Notes: generated by a model not told the origin, from the letters alone. 64,000 nt of DNA from an uncultured Rhodospirillaceae bacterium (GCA_964482135.1 CAYZWF010000006.1:4438-68437); one strand, 5' to 3'; positions 37,090 to 46,876 are shown, counted from the stretch's first letter. A program made the numbers and translations.

Positions 37090-39191
37090 TGACCCTTATT
37101 TCCTCGGCGTGGCGCGGCAATCCGGTTCTGTTTGCCGGTCTTGTCTGGCTTACGGTTGAATTTTTTATTGCCGGCCCCTTTTCCTTTTTTCGTATAGGGG
37201 AAAATGCCGACGCCTATATCCCCCCCTTCATGGCCTATGGGGCGTCTTTCCTTGAGGGCGCCTATTGGTACCCTGCCATGGCGGGGGGCACCGACCGCCT
37301 TGCCCTGGGATTTTTCGGCGGGCTGGACACGTTTCTGTTCTGGCTGTTGCCGGGCTGGCTTGCCGCCCAAATATTCGTGGTGGCCCAGTTCGTTCTGGGC
37401 GGTGGCGCCACCTATCTCATCTGCCGCAAGCATCTCAATCTGGGGATAGAGGCCGCCACCTTCGCGGGGCTGGCCTTCGCTCTGGAGGCGTCTCCGGGAA
37501 TGCACGAACACAACACCGTGATGTTTTTCCCGGTGCTGATCTGGGCCATCAGCCGGGGCCTCGATGAAAGCCTCCCCGTTCTGCGCCGCGCCGCCTGGCT
37601 GGTGGTGGTTCCCCTGGCCTATGGCATGTGCACCCTGGCGGCCTATCTCTATCATTTTCCCATAGTAAGCGTTGTGTTCTGGTTCGCCGTGGTCGCGCCA
37701 CCACGTTCGTTGCGGCGGTGGGGGCTGGTGGCCGGGGCGTGTTTCCTGGCTTTGCTGCCGCGCCTTCAGGACGCCATTGCCCTGGCGCTGCACGCTCCCT
37801 TTTCACATCGTATCCACTGGAACATGGAGATTTTCCAGCCCCCCGATATGGCGGAGTTTTTTGCTCATGTGTTCAACTTTCCCCTGTCCACGGAGTTGAA
37901 TCTTCTGTTGGTGGCTTTGGCATTTTGCGCTTGGACGCTGAGGCGCCATGGAGGAGATTTCAACGATGGCGGATTGTGGCGGGTCTCGGCCGTTTTCCTT
38001 TTTCTCTGGTTGGCGCCGCCGCTTTTGGAATATCTGCGGCCGTTGTTGCTGTTGGTCTTCCCCTTTGCCGAGGCCTTCCAGATCAAACGTATCGCCCTGA
38101 CCATTCCCTTTTTCGCCGCACTCATGGGGGGGCTGGGCCTCGAAGTCCTGAGAGGCGCGCTGAAGGGGCGCTCATTCACGCTGCCGCGGCTGGGCGCCGT
38201 GGGAGCCGGAAAACTGGCCTATGTGGCGGCGCTGGGAGTGCTTGCGGTGCTCTCTCTCGAGGTCAAATACAGTCATGCCCTTGAGTGGGTGAGATATGGG
38301 AACTACGTAAACAACTTCTCCCGGCGCGCCGCAGAGGACTTTGCCGCCGAGCGCCCCGTGGCCGATGATCCCTACCGTATCGCCGCCTACCAGCTCTATC
38401 CCGTCCTTTTTCAGGCCTATGGGCTGGAGACGGCGGGGGGCTATATGAACATGTATTCCCGGCGCTATATGGAATTCTGGAACCGGGTGATTGAAAAACG
38501 GGAGCGCCAGCGAGGCGTGGAAGGGGAGTTTCTGAGTTGGGGCAGCCGCGTCAATCTCAGCGCCGACTTGCACGAGCCCCGCCTCAAGCTGGGCGATCAT
38601 TACAACTTGTCCCTGCTCTCTTTGGCTAATGTGCGCTATCTGTTCGCCCGCGACCAATTGTTGGACCAACAGTTTTCCGCCGTGGTTTCGGCGGACAAGC
38701 CCTGGAACACGATGGATAACCGGGAAAAGGCCATGGTTCATGTGGCTGCCAATTTCGGCGGTGAGAATCCGCTCAATATTTACCGTAACGCGGACGCCTT
38801 CCCCCGCTTCTTCCTGGTTCCCTCTGTGCGGGAATTCGCCGACGAATCCACCCTTCTCGATGCCATGGCCGGGGCCGACACCGGGGCCTTGCGCAAGGAT
38901 GTTTTCGTGGAAAAGGGCTGGCTGAAGGAAGATGTGGCGGCAAATCTGGGTTTTGCCGAGGGTGCCGTGGATCTGGTGTCGTACAAGCCCGACCGTATCG
39001 AGCTTGATCTGCGCGCCGACGGGCCGGCCATTCTCGCCGTCGCCAATTCCTACAGCCCCTACTGGCGGGTTCGCGTGGATGGCGAGGCGGCGGAAATTTT
39101 CCCCGCCTATCACACCTTCTGGGGCGTGGTGGTGGCGGCGGGTGCGCACCATGTCGTATTTGACTATGTTCCCCCCTACCGCCTTTGGTAG
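37086..39191 (+). CDS. YfhO-family polytopic membrane glycosyltransferase
   Basis: 701 aa. The N-terminal half has >10 TM helices. The C-terminal domain ends in the YfhO-typical 'NSYSPYWRVRVDGEAAEIFPAYHTFWGVVVAAGAHHVVFDYVPP'. Start overlaps the GT2 stop. Confidence 0.7.
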   Translation: MMTLISSAWRGNPVLFAGLVWLTVEFFIAGPFSFFRIGENADAYIPPFMAYGASFLEGAYWYPAMAGGTDRLALGFFGGLDTFLFWLLPGWLAAQIFVVAQFVLGGGATYLICRKHLNLGIEAATFAGLAFALEASPGMHEHNTVMFFPVLIWAISRGLDESLPVLRRAAWLVVVPLAYGMCTLAAYLYHFPIVSVVFWFAVVAPPRSLRRWGLVAGACFLALLPRLQDAIALALHAPFSHRIHWNMEIFQPPDMAEFFAHVFNFPLSTELNLLLVALAFCAWTLRRHGGDFNDGGLWRVSAVFLFLWLAPPLLEYLRPLLLLVFPFAEAFQIKRIALTIPFFAALMGGLGLEVLRGALKGRSFTLPRLGAVGAGKLAYVAALGVLAVLSLEVKYSHALEWVRYGNYVNNFSRRAAEDFAAERPVADDPYRIAAYQLYPVLFQAYGLETAGGYMNMYSRRYMEFWNRVIEKRERQRGVEGEFLSWGSRVNLSADLHEPRLKLGDHYNLSLLSLANVRYLFARDQLLDQQFSAVVSADKPWNTMDNREKAMVHVAANFGGENPLNIYRNADAFPRFFLVPSVREFADESTLLDAMAGADTGALRKDVFVEKGWLKEDVAANLGFAEGAVDLVSYKPDRIELDLRADGPAILAVANSYSPYWRVRVDGEAAEIFPAYHTFWGVVVAAGAHHVVFDYVPPYRLW

Positions 39192-39344
39192 AATGGCTGG
39201 GTTCGTTCCCTTAAAGGTGCCCAAGAGGACACGAGGAGTCCAAAAATCTTATCGCGCAAGTGGCTTTGTTCTTATGTGGGAACGAAATTTATGCTCTATA
39301 TAGTGGTTACCCGCCCGTAGGGTCCTCTAGATGTTGATTCAGTA

Positions 39345-40922
39345 ATGAGCGACACAAACCCACCACGTCCCGTGGTTCTCTGCATCCTTGATGGCTGGGG
39401 AGTGCGCGAGGATGCCCAGGACAATGCCGTGGCCCAGGCCAGCACCCCGGTCTGGGACGGTCTCGTGGCAGGCTGCCCCCATGGTACCCTGGAGGCGTCC
39501 GAGGAAAGCGTCGGCCTGCCCCAGGGCCAGTTCGGCAATTCCGAAGTGGGACATATGAATATCGGCGCCGGACGGGTGCTTTATCAGGATTTGCTGCGTA
39601 TTGATGCCGCCTGTGAGGACGGTTCCCTGGGCGATATCCCCACGCTTGTGGGTTTCATCCAGAAACTCAAGGAAAGCGGTGGCGTCTGCCACCTCATGGG
39701 CCTGGCATCTCCCGGCGGGGTGCATGCCCACCAGGCCCATATTGTGGCCCTGGCCCGCGCCGTGACGGAGGCCGGCGTGCCGGTGGCGGTGCATGCCTTT
39801 CTCGATGGCCGCGACACGCCGCCGCTCACCGCCAAGGACTATATCTCGAAGCTGATGGCCGACACCAAGGACTGTCCGGGCCTTCGTTTCGGCACCGTGT
39901 GCGGGCGCTTTTACGCCATGGACCGCGATAACCGCTGGGATCGCGTGGCGGCGGCCTATGAAGCCATGGTGGAGGGCAAGGGCAAACGGGTGACGGACGT
40001 GATTTCCGCCATCACCGCCAGTTACGGCGTGTCGGTGACCGATGAATTCGTGGTGCCCACGGTGATCGGGGACTATGACGGCATGAAGGAGGGCGACGGC
40101 ATCCTGATGGCCAATTACCGCGCCGACCGGGTGCGCGAAATTCTGACGGCGCTGCTCGACCCTTATTTCGAGAGTTTCGAGAGAGCGCGGATGGCGCGTT
40201 TCGCCGCGGCGCTGGGCATGACCGAATATTCTCCGCGCCTCAATAAATATCTCGACGCCATGTTCTCCACCCCCCATTACGAGAACATCATGGCCTGGGT
40301 GGTCTGTTGCGCAGGGCTAAAACAGCTGCGCATCGCCGAGACCGAGAAATACGCCCATGTGACTTATTTCTTCAACGTCAGCAACGAACAGCAGTTCGAG
40401 GGCGAGGACCGTATCCTGGTGCCGTCACCCCGCGTGCCCACCTATGACGTACAGCCGGAAATGGCCGCGCCAGAGGTGACGCGGCAGCTGATCGAGGCCA
40501 TAGAGGGCGGGGAATACGCCTTCATTGTGGTCAATTTCGCCAATCCCGACATGGTTGGCCATACCGGCTCCATGTCCGCGGCCATACGGGCGGTGGAAAC
40601 CATCGATAACTGCCTCGGGCGGCTGGTTTCCGCTCTCGGGAAGGCCGGTGGCGCCATGCTGGTTACCGCCGATCACGGTAATATCGAACTCATGCGAGAC
40701 CCGGAAACGGGCCAGCCCCATACGTCCCATACCTGTAATCCGGTGCCCAGCGTTCTGGTGGGCGCCCCCGATGATGTCACCTCGCTGCGGCATGGCTGTT
40801 TGGCCGATATTGCACCCACATTGCTGGCGCTGATGTGGCTGAAACATCCCGAGGAGATGACGGGTCACTCCCTTCTCGTCACCGCCTCGGAGCGTACCGG
40901 GGCCAAGGCGGCCTCGGCCTGA
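39345..40922 (+). CDS. gpmI: 2,3-bisphosphoglycerate-independent phosphoglycerate mutase
   Basis: 'VVLCILDGWG', 'SEVGHMNIGAGR' and 'TADHGN' motifs. 525 aa. Confidence 0.9.
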   Translation: MSDTNPPRPVVLCILDGWGVREDAQDNAVAQASTPVWDGLVAGCPHGTLEASEESVGLPQGQFGNSEVGHMNIGAGRVLYQDLLRIDAACEDGSLGDIPTLVGFIQKLKESGGVCHLMGLASPGGVHAHQAHIVALARAVTEAGVPVAVHAFLDGRDTPPLTAKDYISKLMADTKDCPGLRFGTVCGRFYAMDRDNRWDRVAAAYEAMVEGKGKRVTDVISAITASYGVSVTDEFVVPTVIGDYDGMKEGDGILMANYRADRVREILTALLDPYFESFERARMARFAAALGMTEYSPRLNKYLDAMFSTPHYENIMAWVVCCAGLKQLRIAETEKYAHVTYFFNVSNEQQFEGEDRILVPSPRVPTYDVQPEMAAPEVTRQLIEAIEGGEYAFIVVNFANPDMVGHTGSMSAAIRAVETIDNCLGRLVSALGKAGGAMLVTADHGNIELMRDPETGQPHTSHTCNPVPSVLVGAPDDVTSLRHGCLADIAPTLLALMWLKHPEEMTGHSLLVTASERTGAKAASA

Positions 40923-40935
40923 AGGCGCGGGGGCC

Positions 40936-42249
40936 ATGACAATCGGTAACTTCCGCTGTGGTTTCCCCCACCGTTATTTGCCCCACCGTTATTTCCTGGG
41001 GGGCTCACCTTATGTCTTGTGCGTTTTTTTTGCAGTTGCCGCATTCGCTTCCCCGGTCTCGGCCGAAGACGGAAAGGCGGCCGCCGACGGGGACAAAGAC
41101 AGGCTCGAGGCGGTTGAGCGCGCGCTCGACCAGGAACGGGGACAGCAACAGGAACTGGCGAACCAAGCGCAGACACTGGCGGGAGAAATTTCGCAAATCA
41201 AAAAGGAATTGGTGACGGCCGCCCATGCCGCACAGGAAAGCGAATCCAGCCTGTCCGAGGTGGAGGATATGCTCGACCAGCTCAATTCCCGTGTCTCGCA
41301 TATCCGGGGCGAGTTGGTGGGCCGCCGCCGCCAGATGACATCGACCCTTGTGGCGCTGGAGAGGGTGGCTCTTCGGCCTCCGGAATCGGTGATCTTCCAG
41401 CCCGGCACGGCGCCCGACGCCGTACGCAGCGCCCTGTTGCTGCGGGCTGTGGTGCCGCCGCTGGAAGCGCGCAGCCGCAGCCTGGGAAAGGATCTCTCCA
41501 CCCTGGCGGGGCTGCGCCGCGAGATCGCCAGCCGCCATGACGAACTGCTTGCCGCCACCCATGAGTTGGAGGACAACCGTGCCCGTCTCGATGGGCTGTT
41601 GCGGCGCAAGTCGCGACTGCACAGCCAGACCAAGCGGGACAGCCACCAAACGGCGGCGCGAATGAGAAAACTGGCGGCGGAGGCACGGTCGCTCCGTGAT
41701 CTGCTGTCGCGGCTGGAAACGGGGAGTCTGCCGGACCGCAACGAAGATGTTCCCGTCAAAGCCGAAAAGCCGGAACTCACGGAGACAGCGGCCCTCTCCC
41801 CGGTGCCGTCCCCGGCGCTGTTGCCATCGGGGGTTCCTTTCAGTAAGGCGCGGGGGAAAATGGTGTTCCCGGTTCGCGGCCGCCTGGTGACGCAGTATGG
41901 TGATTCGGGGGGCGCCACCGGCCTTACCACAAAGGGGGTCACCCTTGCCACGCGGCGCGAGGCCAGCGTGGTGGCGCCCTATGATGGCGAAGTGGTCTTC
42001 GCGGGCCCCTTCCGGGGCTATGGGCAACTCTTGATCATTGCCCATGGCGAAGGCTATCATCTTCTTTTAGCAGGATTATCCCGGATCGACAGCACCGTTG
42101 GACAGACCCTGCTTGCGGGGGAGCCGGTGGGCGTCATGGGGCGTCCGGAGAATGGCGAGCCGAGCTTGTATATGGAGCTTCGCCGCAAGAGCGAACCCAT
42201 CAATCCGCTGCCGTGGCTGGCGGCGACTCACGAAAAGGTAAGTGGCTGA
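40936..42249 (+). CDS. EnvC-like murein hydrolase activator (coiled coil plus M23/LytM domain)
   Basis: Signal peptide, a long coiled-coil region, and a C-terminal LytM domain 'GEGYHLLLAGL…GEPVGVMG'. The true start may lie downstream of 40936. Confidence 0.75.
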   Translation: MTIGNFRCGFPHRYLPHRYFLGGSPYVLCVFFAVAAFASPVSAEDGKAAADGDKDRLEAVERALDQERGQQQELANQAQTLAGEISQIKKELVTAAHAAQESESSLSEVEDMLDQLNSRVSHIRGELVGRRRQMTSTLVALERVALRPPESVIFQPGTAPDAVRSALLLRAVVPPLEARSRSLGKDLSTLAGLRREIASRHDELLAATHELEDNRARLDGLLRRKSRLHSQTKRDSHQTAARMRKLAAEARSLRDLLSRLETGSLPDRNEDVPVKAEKPELTETAALSPVPSPALLPSGVPFSKARGKMVFPVRGRLVTQYGDSGGATGLTTKGVTLATRREASVVAPYDGEVVFAGPFRGYGQLLIIAHGEGYHLLLAGLSRIDSTVGQTLLAGEPVGVMGRPENGEPSLYMELRRKSEPINPLPWLAATHEKVSG

Positions 42250-43541
42250 TGCAAAGATTTCGTTGGGCGGCAGTAATTGGAATACTTCTTGTTTTCTGCC
42301 CCGGAGACCTCCCTGCCCAGGAAAATGATTCCGAAACCTATCGTCAACTCAATCTGTTCGGAGAAGTTTTCGAACGGGTGCGGACGAACTACGTGGAGGA
42401 GGTTTCCGACGGCGATCTCGTGGAATCTGCCATCAATGGCATGCTCACCTCGCTTGACCCCCATTCAAGCTTTCTCAACGAAAAGAGTTTTCGGGACATG
42501 CAGGTGCAGACCAAGGGCGAATTCGGCGGCCTTGGTATCGAAGTCACCATGGATAGCGGCCTGGTCAAGGTGGTTTCGCCCATTGACGACACACCGGCCT
42601 TTCGCGCCGGCATCAAGTCCGGAGACCTGATTTTCCAGCTCGATGGCGAGGCGGTCATGGGGCTGACCCTGGCCGAAGCCGTGGACCGCATGCGTGGCCG
42701 CGTGGGCACCGATATCAGGCTGATGATCCGCCGCGATGGCCAGGAACCCTTTGAAGTGACCATCACACGGGCCATTATCCGTATCCAGTCGGTGCGCTCT
42801 CATCTTGAACAGGATATCGGCTATGTGCGCATCACCACCTTCAACGAACAGGCCGCCGACGGCCTGAAGAAAGCCATGAAGGAATTCAAGGCGGAGCTGG
42901 GGGACAAGCTCAAGGGTATCGTGCTTGATCTGCGTAATAATCCCGGCGGTCTTCTCGACCAGGCGGTGGCGATTTCGGATTCCTTCCTGGAGCGCGGCGA
43001 GATCGTTTCCACCCGCGGCCGTCACGAGGATGATGATCACCGCTATAACGCGCATCCCGGTGACCTCGCCGACGGCCTGCCCATGGTGATTCTCATCAAT
43101 GGCGGTTCGGCCTCGGCATCGGAAATCGTTGCTGGCGCCCTGCAGGATCACCGCCGCGCGGTTATTATGGGCACCCGTTCCTTCGGCAAGGGATCGGTTC
43201 AGACCATCATCCCCATGGGCAGTTTGGGGGCTATCCGCTTGACCACGGCGCTCTATTACACGCCTTCGGGAATTTCCATCCAGGCCAAGGGTATCGAGCC
43301 CGGCATTGTGGTGGAACAGGCCCGCCTCGAGGTCATTGACGGCGGTCAACGCCGCCGCGAGGAAGATCTGCGCGGGGCGCTTGAGAATGGAAACGCAAAG
43401 CCCACGGATAGCAAGGTGGAGTCGCCGGCCGATGCCCCTGCGGATGGGGCGGAGGAAACGTCCTTTGAAGATTATCAATTGGCGCGGGCGCTCGATCTTC
43501 TGCACGGCATTGTACTGTATGAAGATCAAGCCGCCAACTGA
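42249..43541 (+). CDS. ctpA: Carboxy-terminal processing protease (S41)
   Basis: PDZ domain followed by 'GGSASASEI' and 'GKGSVQT' S41 motifs. Start overlaps the envC-like stop. Confidence 0.85.
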   Translation: MQRFRWAAVIGILLVFCPGDLPAQENDSETYRQLNLFGEVFERVRTNYVEEVSDGDLVESAINGMLTSLDPHSSFLNEKSFRDMQVQTKGEFGGLGIEVTMDSGLVKVVSPIDDTPAFRAGIKSGDLIFQLDGEAVMGLTLAEAVDRMRGRVGTDIRLMIRRDGQEPFEVTITRAIIRIQSVRSHLEQDIGYVRITTFNEQAADGLKKAMKEFKAELGDKLKGIVLDLRNNPGGLLDQAVAISDSFLERGEIVSTRGRHEDDDHRYNAHPGDLADGLPMVILINGGSASASEIVAGALQDHRRAVIMGTRSFGKGSVQTIIPMGSLGAIRLTTALYYTPSGISIQAKGIEPGIVVEQARLEVIDGGQRRREEDLRGALENGNAKPTDSKVESPADAPADGAEETSFEDYQLARALDLLHGIVLYEDQAAN

Positions 43542-43595
43542 TCCTTTCATCCGCGCGCCACTGATCGGGAGTCCGGCGCCGCCGGGGCCGACGGA

Positions 43596-45158
43596 GTGAC
43601 TGAATCGGACGACGACATAACCGAAGACGAAGACGCCGCGGAAGACGTTCCTGACGACGACTCTGATAATGACTCCGGTGATGACTCCGGTGATGACTCT
43701 GGGGATGACTCTGGGGATTCCGATGAGGCTGCCTCCGACAACATCACCGATGACATCGACTTCGATGATGTCGACTCCGGGGGTGACGACAGTCCCAGCG
43801 AGGAAGACTTAGAAGAAGATTTCGAAGAAGACTCCGATGAAACAGACGAGACCAATCTCGATCCCTTCGCCGACAAGGAAGATGAGGATCTTTCCTTCCT
43901 CATGGATGAGGCGGACGAAGAAGGGTATATTGATCTCAGTGAAGACGAGGAAGAGGAAGACACGTCCGGCGGAGGGTTCCGGGTCAGCTTTCTTCTCGTG
44001 GCCTATCTTGTGGCGCTGTTGTTCTTCGGCGGGGTTATCGGCTGGCTGCTGATGAGCGGAGAGGAAGAGGCGAGCACCGCAGAGACCACTACGACGACCT
44101 TCACATCATTGCTTCCCCCGGAAATGGAGGAATCTGAGCGCGCCTCGATTTGGGGTGACGATCCGGCGGGCATGGCCGGGCCGGGAGCAGCCTCCGAAAC
44201 GGCCATGGTCAACGGCGATGGCATGACAGACGGGGCGGAGGAAGGAATTCAGTCTCCCGCGCGGCTTCTCCCCCGTGCTTTCCTTGAAAAGGAAATGGCT
44301 CAACTCACCCCAAGCCCCGATCCGGAGCTGGTGGAAGAGATGGCGGATGGCCCGCTGCCAAAAATTGCCGAAGATGGCCGTATGTCGTTCCGGGTTTATG
44401 CCCGGCCTTTCGACCATAACGAGCAGCGTCCGCGCATCGCCGTCATTATCCAGAATATGGGGCTAAGCCACAACGCGACGGAAACCGCAATTCAACAGCT
44501 TCCCGGATCCGTCACCCTGGCTTTCTCGCCTTATGCCGACAATCTTGAGCACTGGACCACCGAAGCGCGCAAGACCGGCCACGAGATATTGCTGGCTATG
44601 CCCATGGAACCGGTGAATTATCCTCTCAACGATCCCGGCCCCTACGCATTGATTACCGGGCTTTCTCCCGAACAGAACGCAAAGCGCCTGCAATGGCTGA
44701 TGAGCCGGTTTACCGGCTACGTGGGCGTGACAAACGAAATGGGCTCGCGCTTTATTACCTCCAACCAGGATATAAGGCCGGTACTGGAAATCTTTCATAA
44801 TCGCGGCCTTATGTTCGTGGACAACCGCGTTACCAGCCGCAGCGTCGCCACCCGGGTGGCTCAGGATGTAGGCCTGCCCTGGGCCGCCGGCGACAGGTCC
44901 ATCGACCGCAATCCCTCACGCCAGTATATCGACGACAAACTGGCCGAGATCCAACGCATTGCTCTCGACAAGGGGAGCGCCGTGGCCATGGCCTTGCCCT
45001 ATCCCGTGACTTTTGAACGTCTTGCCCTATGGCTGCCGAAGCTGGAAGAGGAAGGCTTCGTGGTGGCCCCGGTTTCGGCGGTGATCCACCAGCAGGAACC
45101 CAGGGAAGAAGAAGAGGAAAGCGAAGAAGCAGAGGCAAACGATGAAGGAGAACAGTGA
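43596..45158 (+). CDS. Divergent polysaccharide deacetylase (YibQ/DUF610) with a ~150-aa poly-acidic N-terminal region and one TM helix
   Basis: N-terminus D/E/S-rich with (DSGD)n. TM helix 'FLLVAYLVALLFFGGVIGWLL'. C-terminal 'RIAVIIQNMGLS…VDNRVT' YibQ-type domain. Confidence 0.75.
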   Translation: MTESDDDITEDEDAAEDVPDDDSDNDSGDDSGDDSGDDSGDSDEAASDNITDDIDFDDVDSGGDDSPSEEDLEEDFEEDSDETDETNLDPFADKEDEDLSFLMDEADEEGYIDLSEDEEEEDTSGGGFRVSFLLVAYLVALLFFGGVIGWLLMSGEEEASTAETTTTTFTSLLPPEMEESERASIWGDDPAGMAGPGAASETAMVNGDGMTDGAEEGIQSPARLLPRAFLEKEMAQLTPSPDPELVEEMADGPLPKIAEDGRMSFRVYARPFDHNEQRPRIAVIIQNMGLSHNATETAIQQLPGSVTLAFSPYADNLEHWTTEARKTGHEILLAMPMEPVNYPLNDPGPYALITGLSPEQNAKRLQWLMSRFTGYVGVTNEMGSRFITSNQDIRPVLEIFHNRGLMFVDNRVTSRSVATRVAQDVGLPWAAGDRSIDRNPSRQYIDDKLAEIQRIALDKGSAVAMALPYPVTFERLALWLPKLEEEGFVVAPVSAVIHQQEPREEEEESEEAEANDEGEQ

Positions 45159-45657
45159 AAAGGGGGACAGCCGGGTGAAGGGGCTTTCCTACCGGGATGG
45201 CGCGGGGATCATGCTTTTCAACGGTCTGGGACGTGTCTTCGTGGCGCGCCGCATCGATATGCCCTCGCAAGCCTGGCAGATGCCGCAGGGGGGAATCGAT
45301 GCCGGAGAGACTCCGCGCGAAGCCGCCCTGCGCGAACTGGAGGAGGAGATCGGCACCTCCAAGGCGGAAATCATGGCCGAAAGCCGGGACTGGCTGACCT
45401 ATGAACTGCCTCATTGGTTGGTGCCAAGGGTGTGGGGCGGGTGCTATCGCGGACAGCGCCAGAAATGGTTCGCCATGCGCTTCACAGGCGATGACGCCGA
45501 TATCAACATCGCCACCGAAACCCCGGAATTTCTCGACTGGAAATGGGAGGACATAAACCGCTTGCCGGAACTCATCGTTCCCTTCAAACGCAAACTTTAC
45601 CAGGATCTTATCGCCGAATTCGGTCATCTGGTGCGGCCCCCGGGTGATGCCTGCTGA
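45142..45657 (+). CDS. rppH: RNA pyrophosphohydrolase (Nudix)
   Basis: Nudix box 'GGIDAGETPREAALRELEEEIG'. Conserved position after ctpA and the yibQ-like gene. Confidence 0.85.
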   Translation: MKENSEKGDSRVKGLSYRDGAGIMLFNGLGRVFVARRIDMPSQAWQMPQGGIDAGETPREAALRELEEEIGTSKAEIMAESRDWLTYELPHWLVPRVWGGCYRGQRQKWFAMRFTGDDADINIATETPEFLDWKWEDINRLPELIVPFKRKLYQDLIAEFGHLVRPPGDAC

Positions 45658-46876
45658 CGGCGAAGCCCGCCTGGAGCGGGTCCTGGGGTTGCCGATGCTG
45701 GTTCTCTATGGGCTGGGCACTACCGTCGGCGCCGGCATCTTCGCCCTCGTCGGCAAGGTGGCGGGACGCGCCGGGCTTTATGCGCCGGTCTCCTTCTTCG
45801 CCGCCGCCGTAATCGCCGCCTTTACCGCCCTTTGTCTGGCCGAGCTCTCCGCCCGTTTTCCGAAAAGCGCGGCAGAGGCTGTCTATGTGCGCGAAGGCTT
45901 GCATTCCCATCATCTGGCGCTTGCCGTGGGTCTGCTCGTGGCCGTGGCGGGGATCGTCTCCGCCGCCGCCATCACCAACGGGGCGGTGGGCTATATCCAC
46001 CAATTCCTCGACATCTCCGCGCCGCTCCTGATCCTGATGCTGGTGCTGGTCATAGGAGGCCTCGCCGCCTGGGGCATTGCCGAATCCGTGGGCATCGCTG
46101 CTTTCATCACGCTGGTTGAGCTGGGCACGCTGGTGATGGTGGTCTGGGCCGGTAGTGAAGGACTCTCCGCCATACCTGAACATATGGGAGACTTCGTTCC
46201 GCCCTTTGAGGGCGTCGCCTGGGGCGGGATCATGGCCGGAGCCTTCCTCGCCTTTTACGCTTTCCTCGGATTCGAGGATATGGTCAAGGTGGCCGAGGAA
46301 GTGAAAGACGTCACCCGCACCCTGCCGGCGGCGATCATCCTTACCCTCCTTATCACCACACTGGTTTATGTGGCCGTGGCCCTAGCCGCGGTTTCAACCC
46401 TCGATCCGCAAGAACTCACCGCAAGCGAGGCGCCGCTGGCGCTTATCTTCGAACGGGGTACCGGCGCTTCGTCGGCGGTCATCAGCTTCATCAGCATCTT
46501 CGCCCTTTTGAACGGCGCATTGATCCAGATAATCATGGCCTCGCGGGTTTTCTACGGCCTGGGGGAACAGGGGATGCTTCCGGGTTTTCTTTCCCGGGTC
46601 CATCCCGTGACCCGTACGCCGCTGATTGCCACCGCCCTGGTTACCGGCATTGTGCTGGTGCTGGCCTTGTGGTTTGGGCTCGAGGCCCTGGCCGAGGCCA
46701 CCTCGGCGGTTACGCTGGTGATTTTTTCGCTGGTCAATCTGTCTTTGGTCATGGTCAAGAGACGCACCCCCGCGCCGCCCGGCATCCGCATTTACCCGCT
46801 CTGGGTGCCGGTGGCCGGCTTTGCCTTCAGCGCCGGGTTTCTCTTTATGGAGATGGCTCCCCGCCTTGGCGGATAA
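45644..46876 (+). CDS. APC-superfamily amino acid permease
   Basis: 410 aa with about 12 TM helices. 'LGTTVGAGIFAL' N-terminal motif. Confidence 0.8.
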   Translation: MMPADGEARLERVLGLPMLVLYGLGTTVGAGIFALVGKVAGRAGLYAPVSFFAAAVIAAFTALCLAELSARFPKSAAEAVYVREGLHSHHLALAVGLLVAVAGIVSAAAITNGAVGYIHQFLDISAPLLILMLVLVIGGLAAWGIAESVGIAAFITLVELGTLVMVVWAGSEGLSAIPEHMGDFVPPFEGVAWGGIMAGAFLAFYAFLGFEDMVKVAEEVKDVTRTLPAAIILTLLITTLVYVAVALAAVSTLDPQELTASEAPLALIFERGTGASSAVISFISIFALLNGALIQIIMASRVFYGLGEQGMLPGFLSRVHPVTRTPLIATALVTGIVLVLALWFGLEALAEATSAVTLVIFSLVNLSLVMVKRRTPAPPGIRIYPLWVPVAGFAFSAGFLFMEMAPRLGG

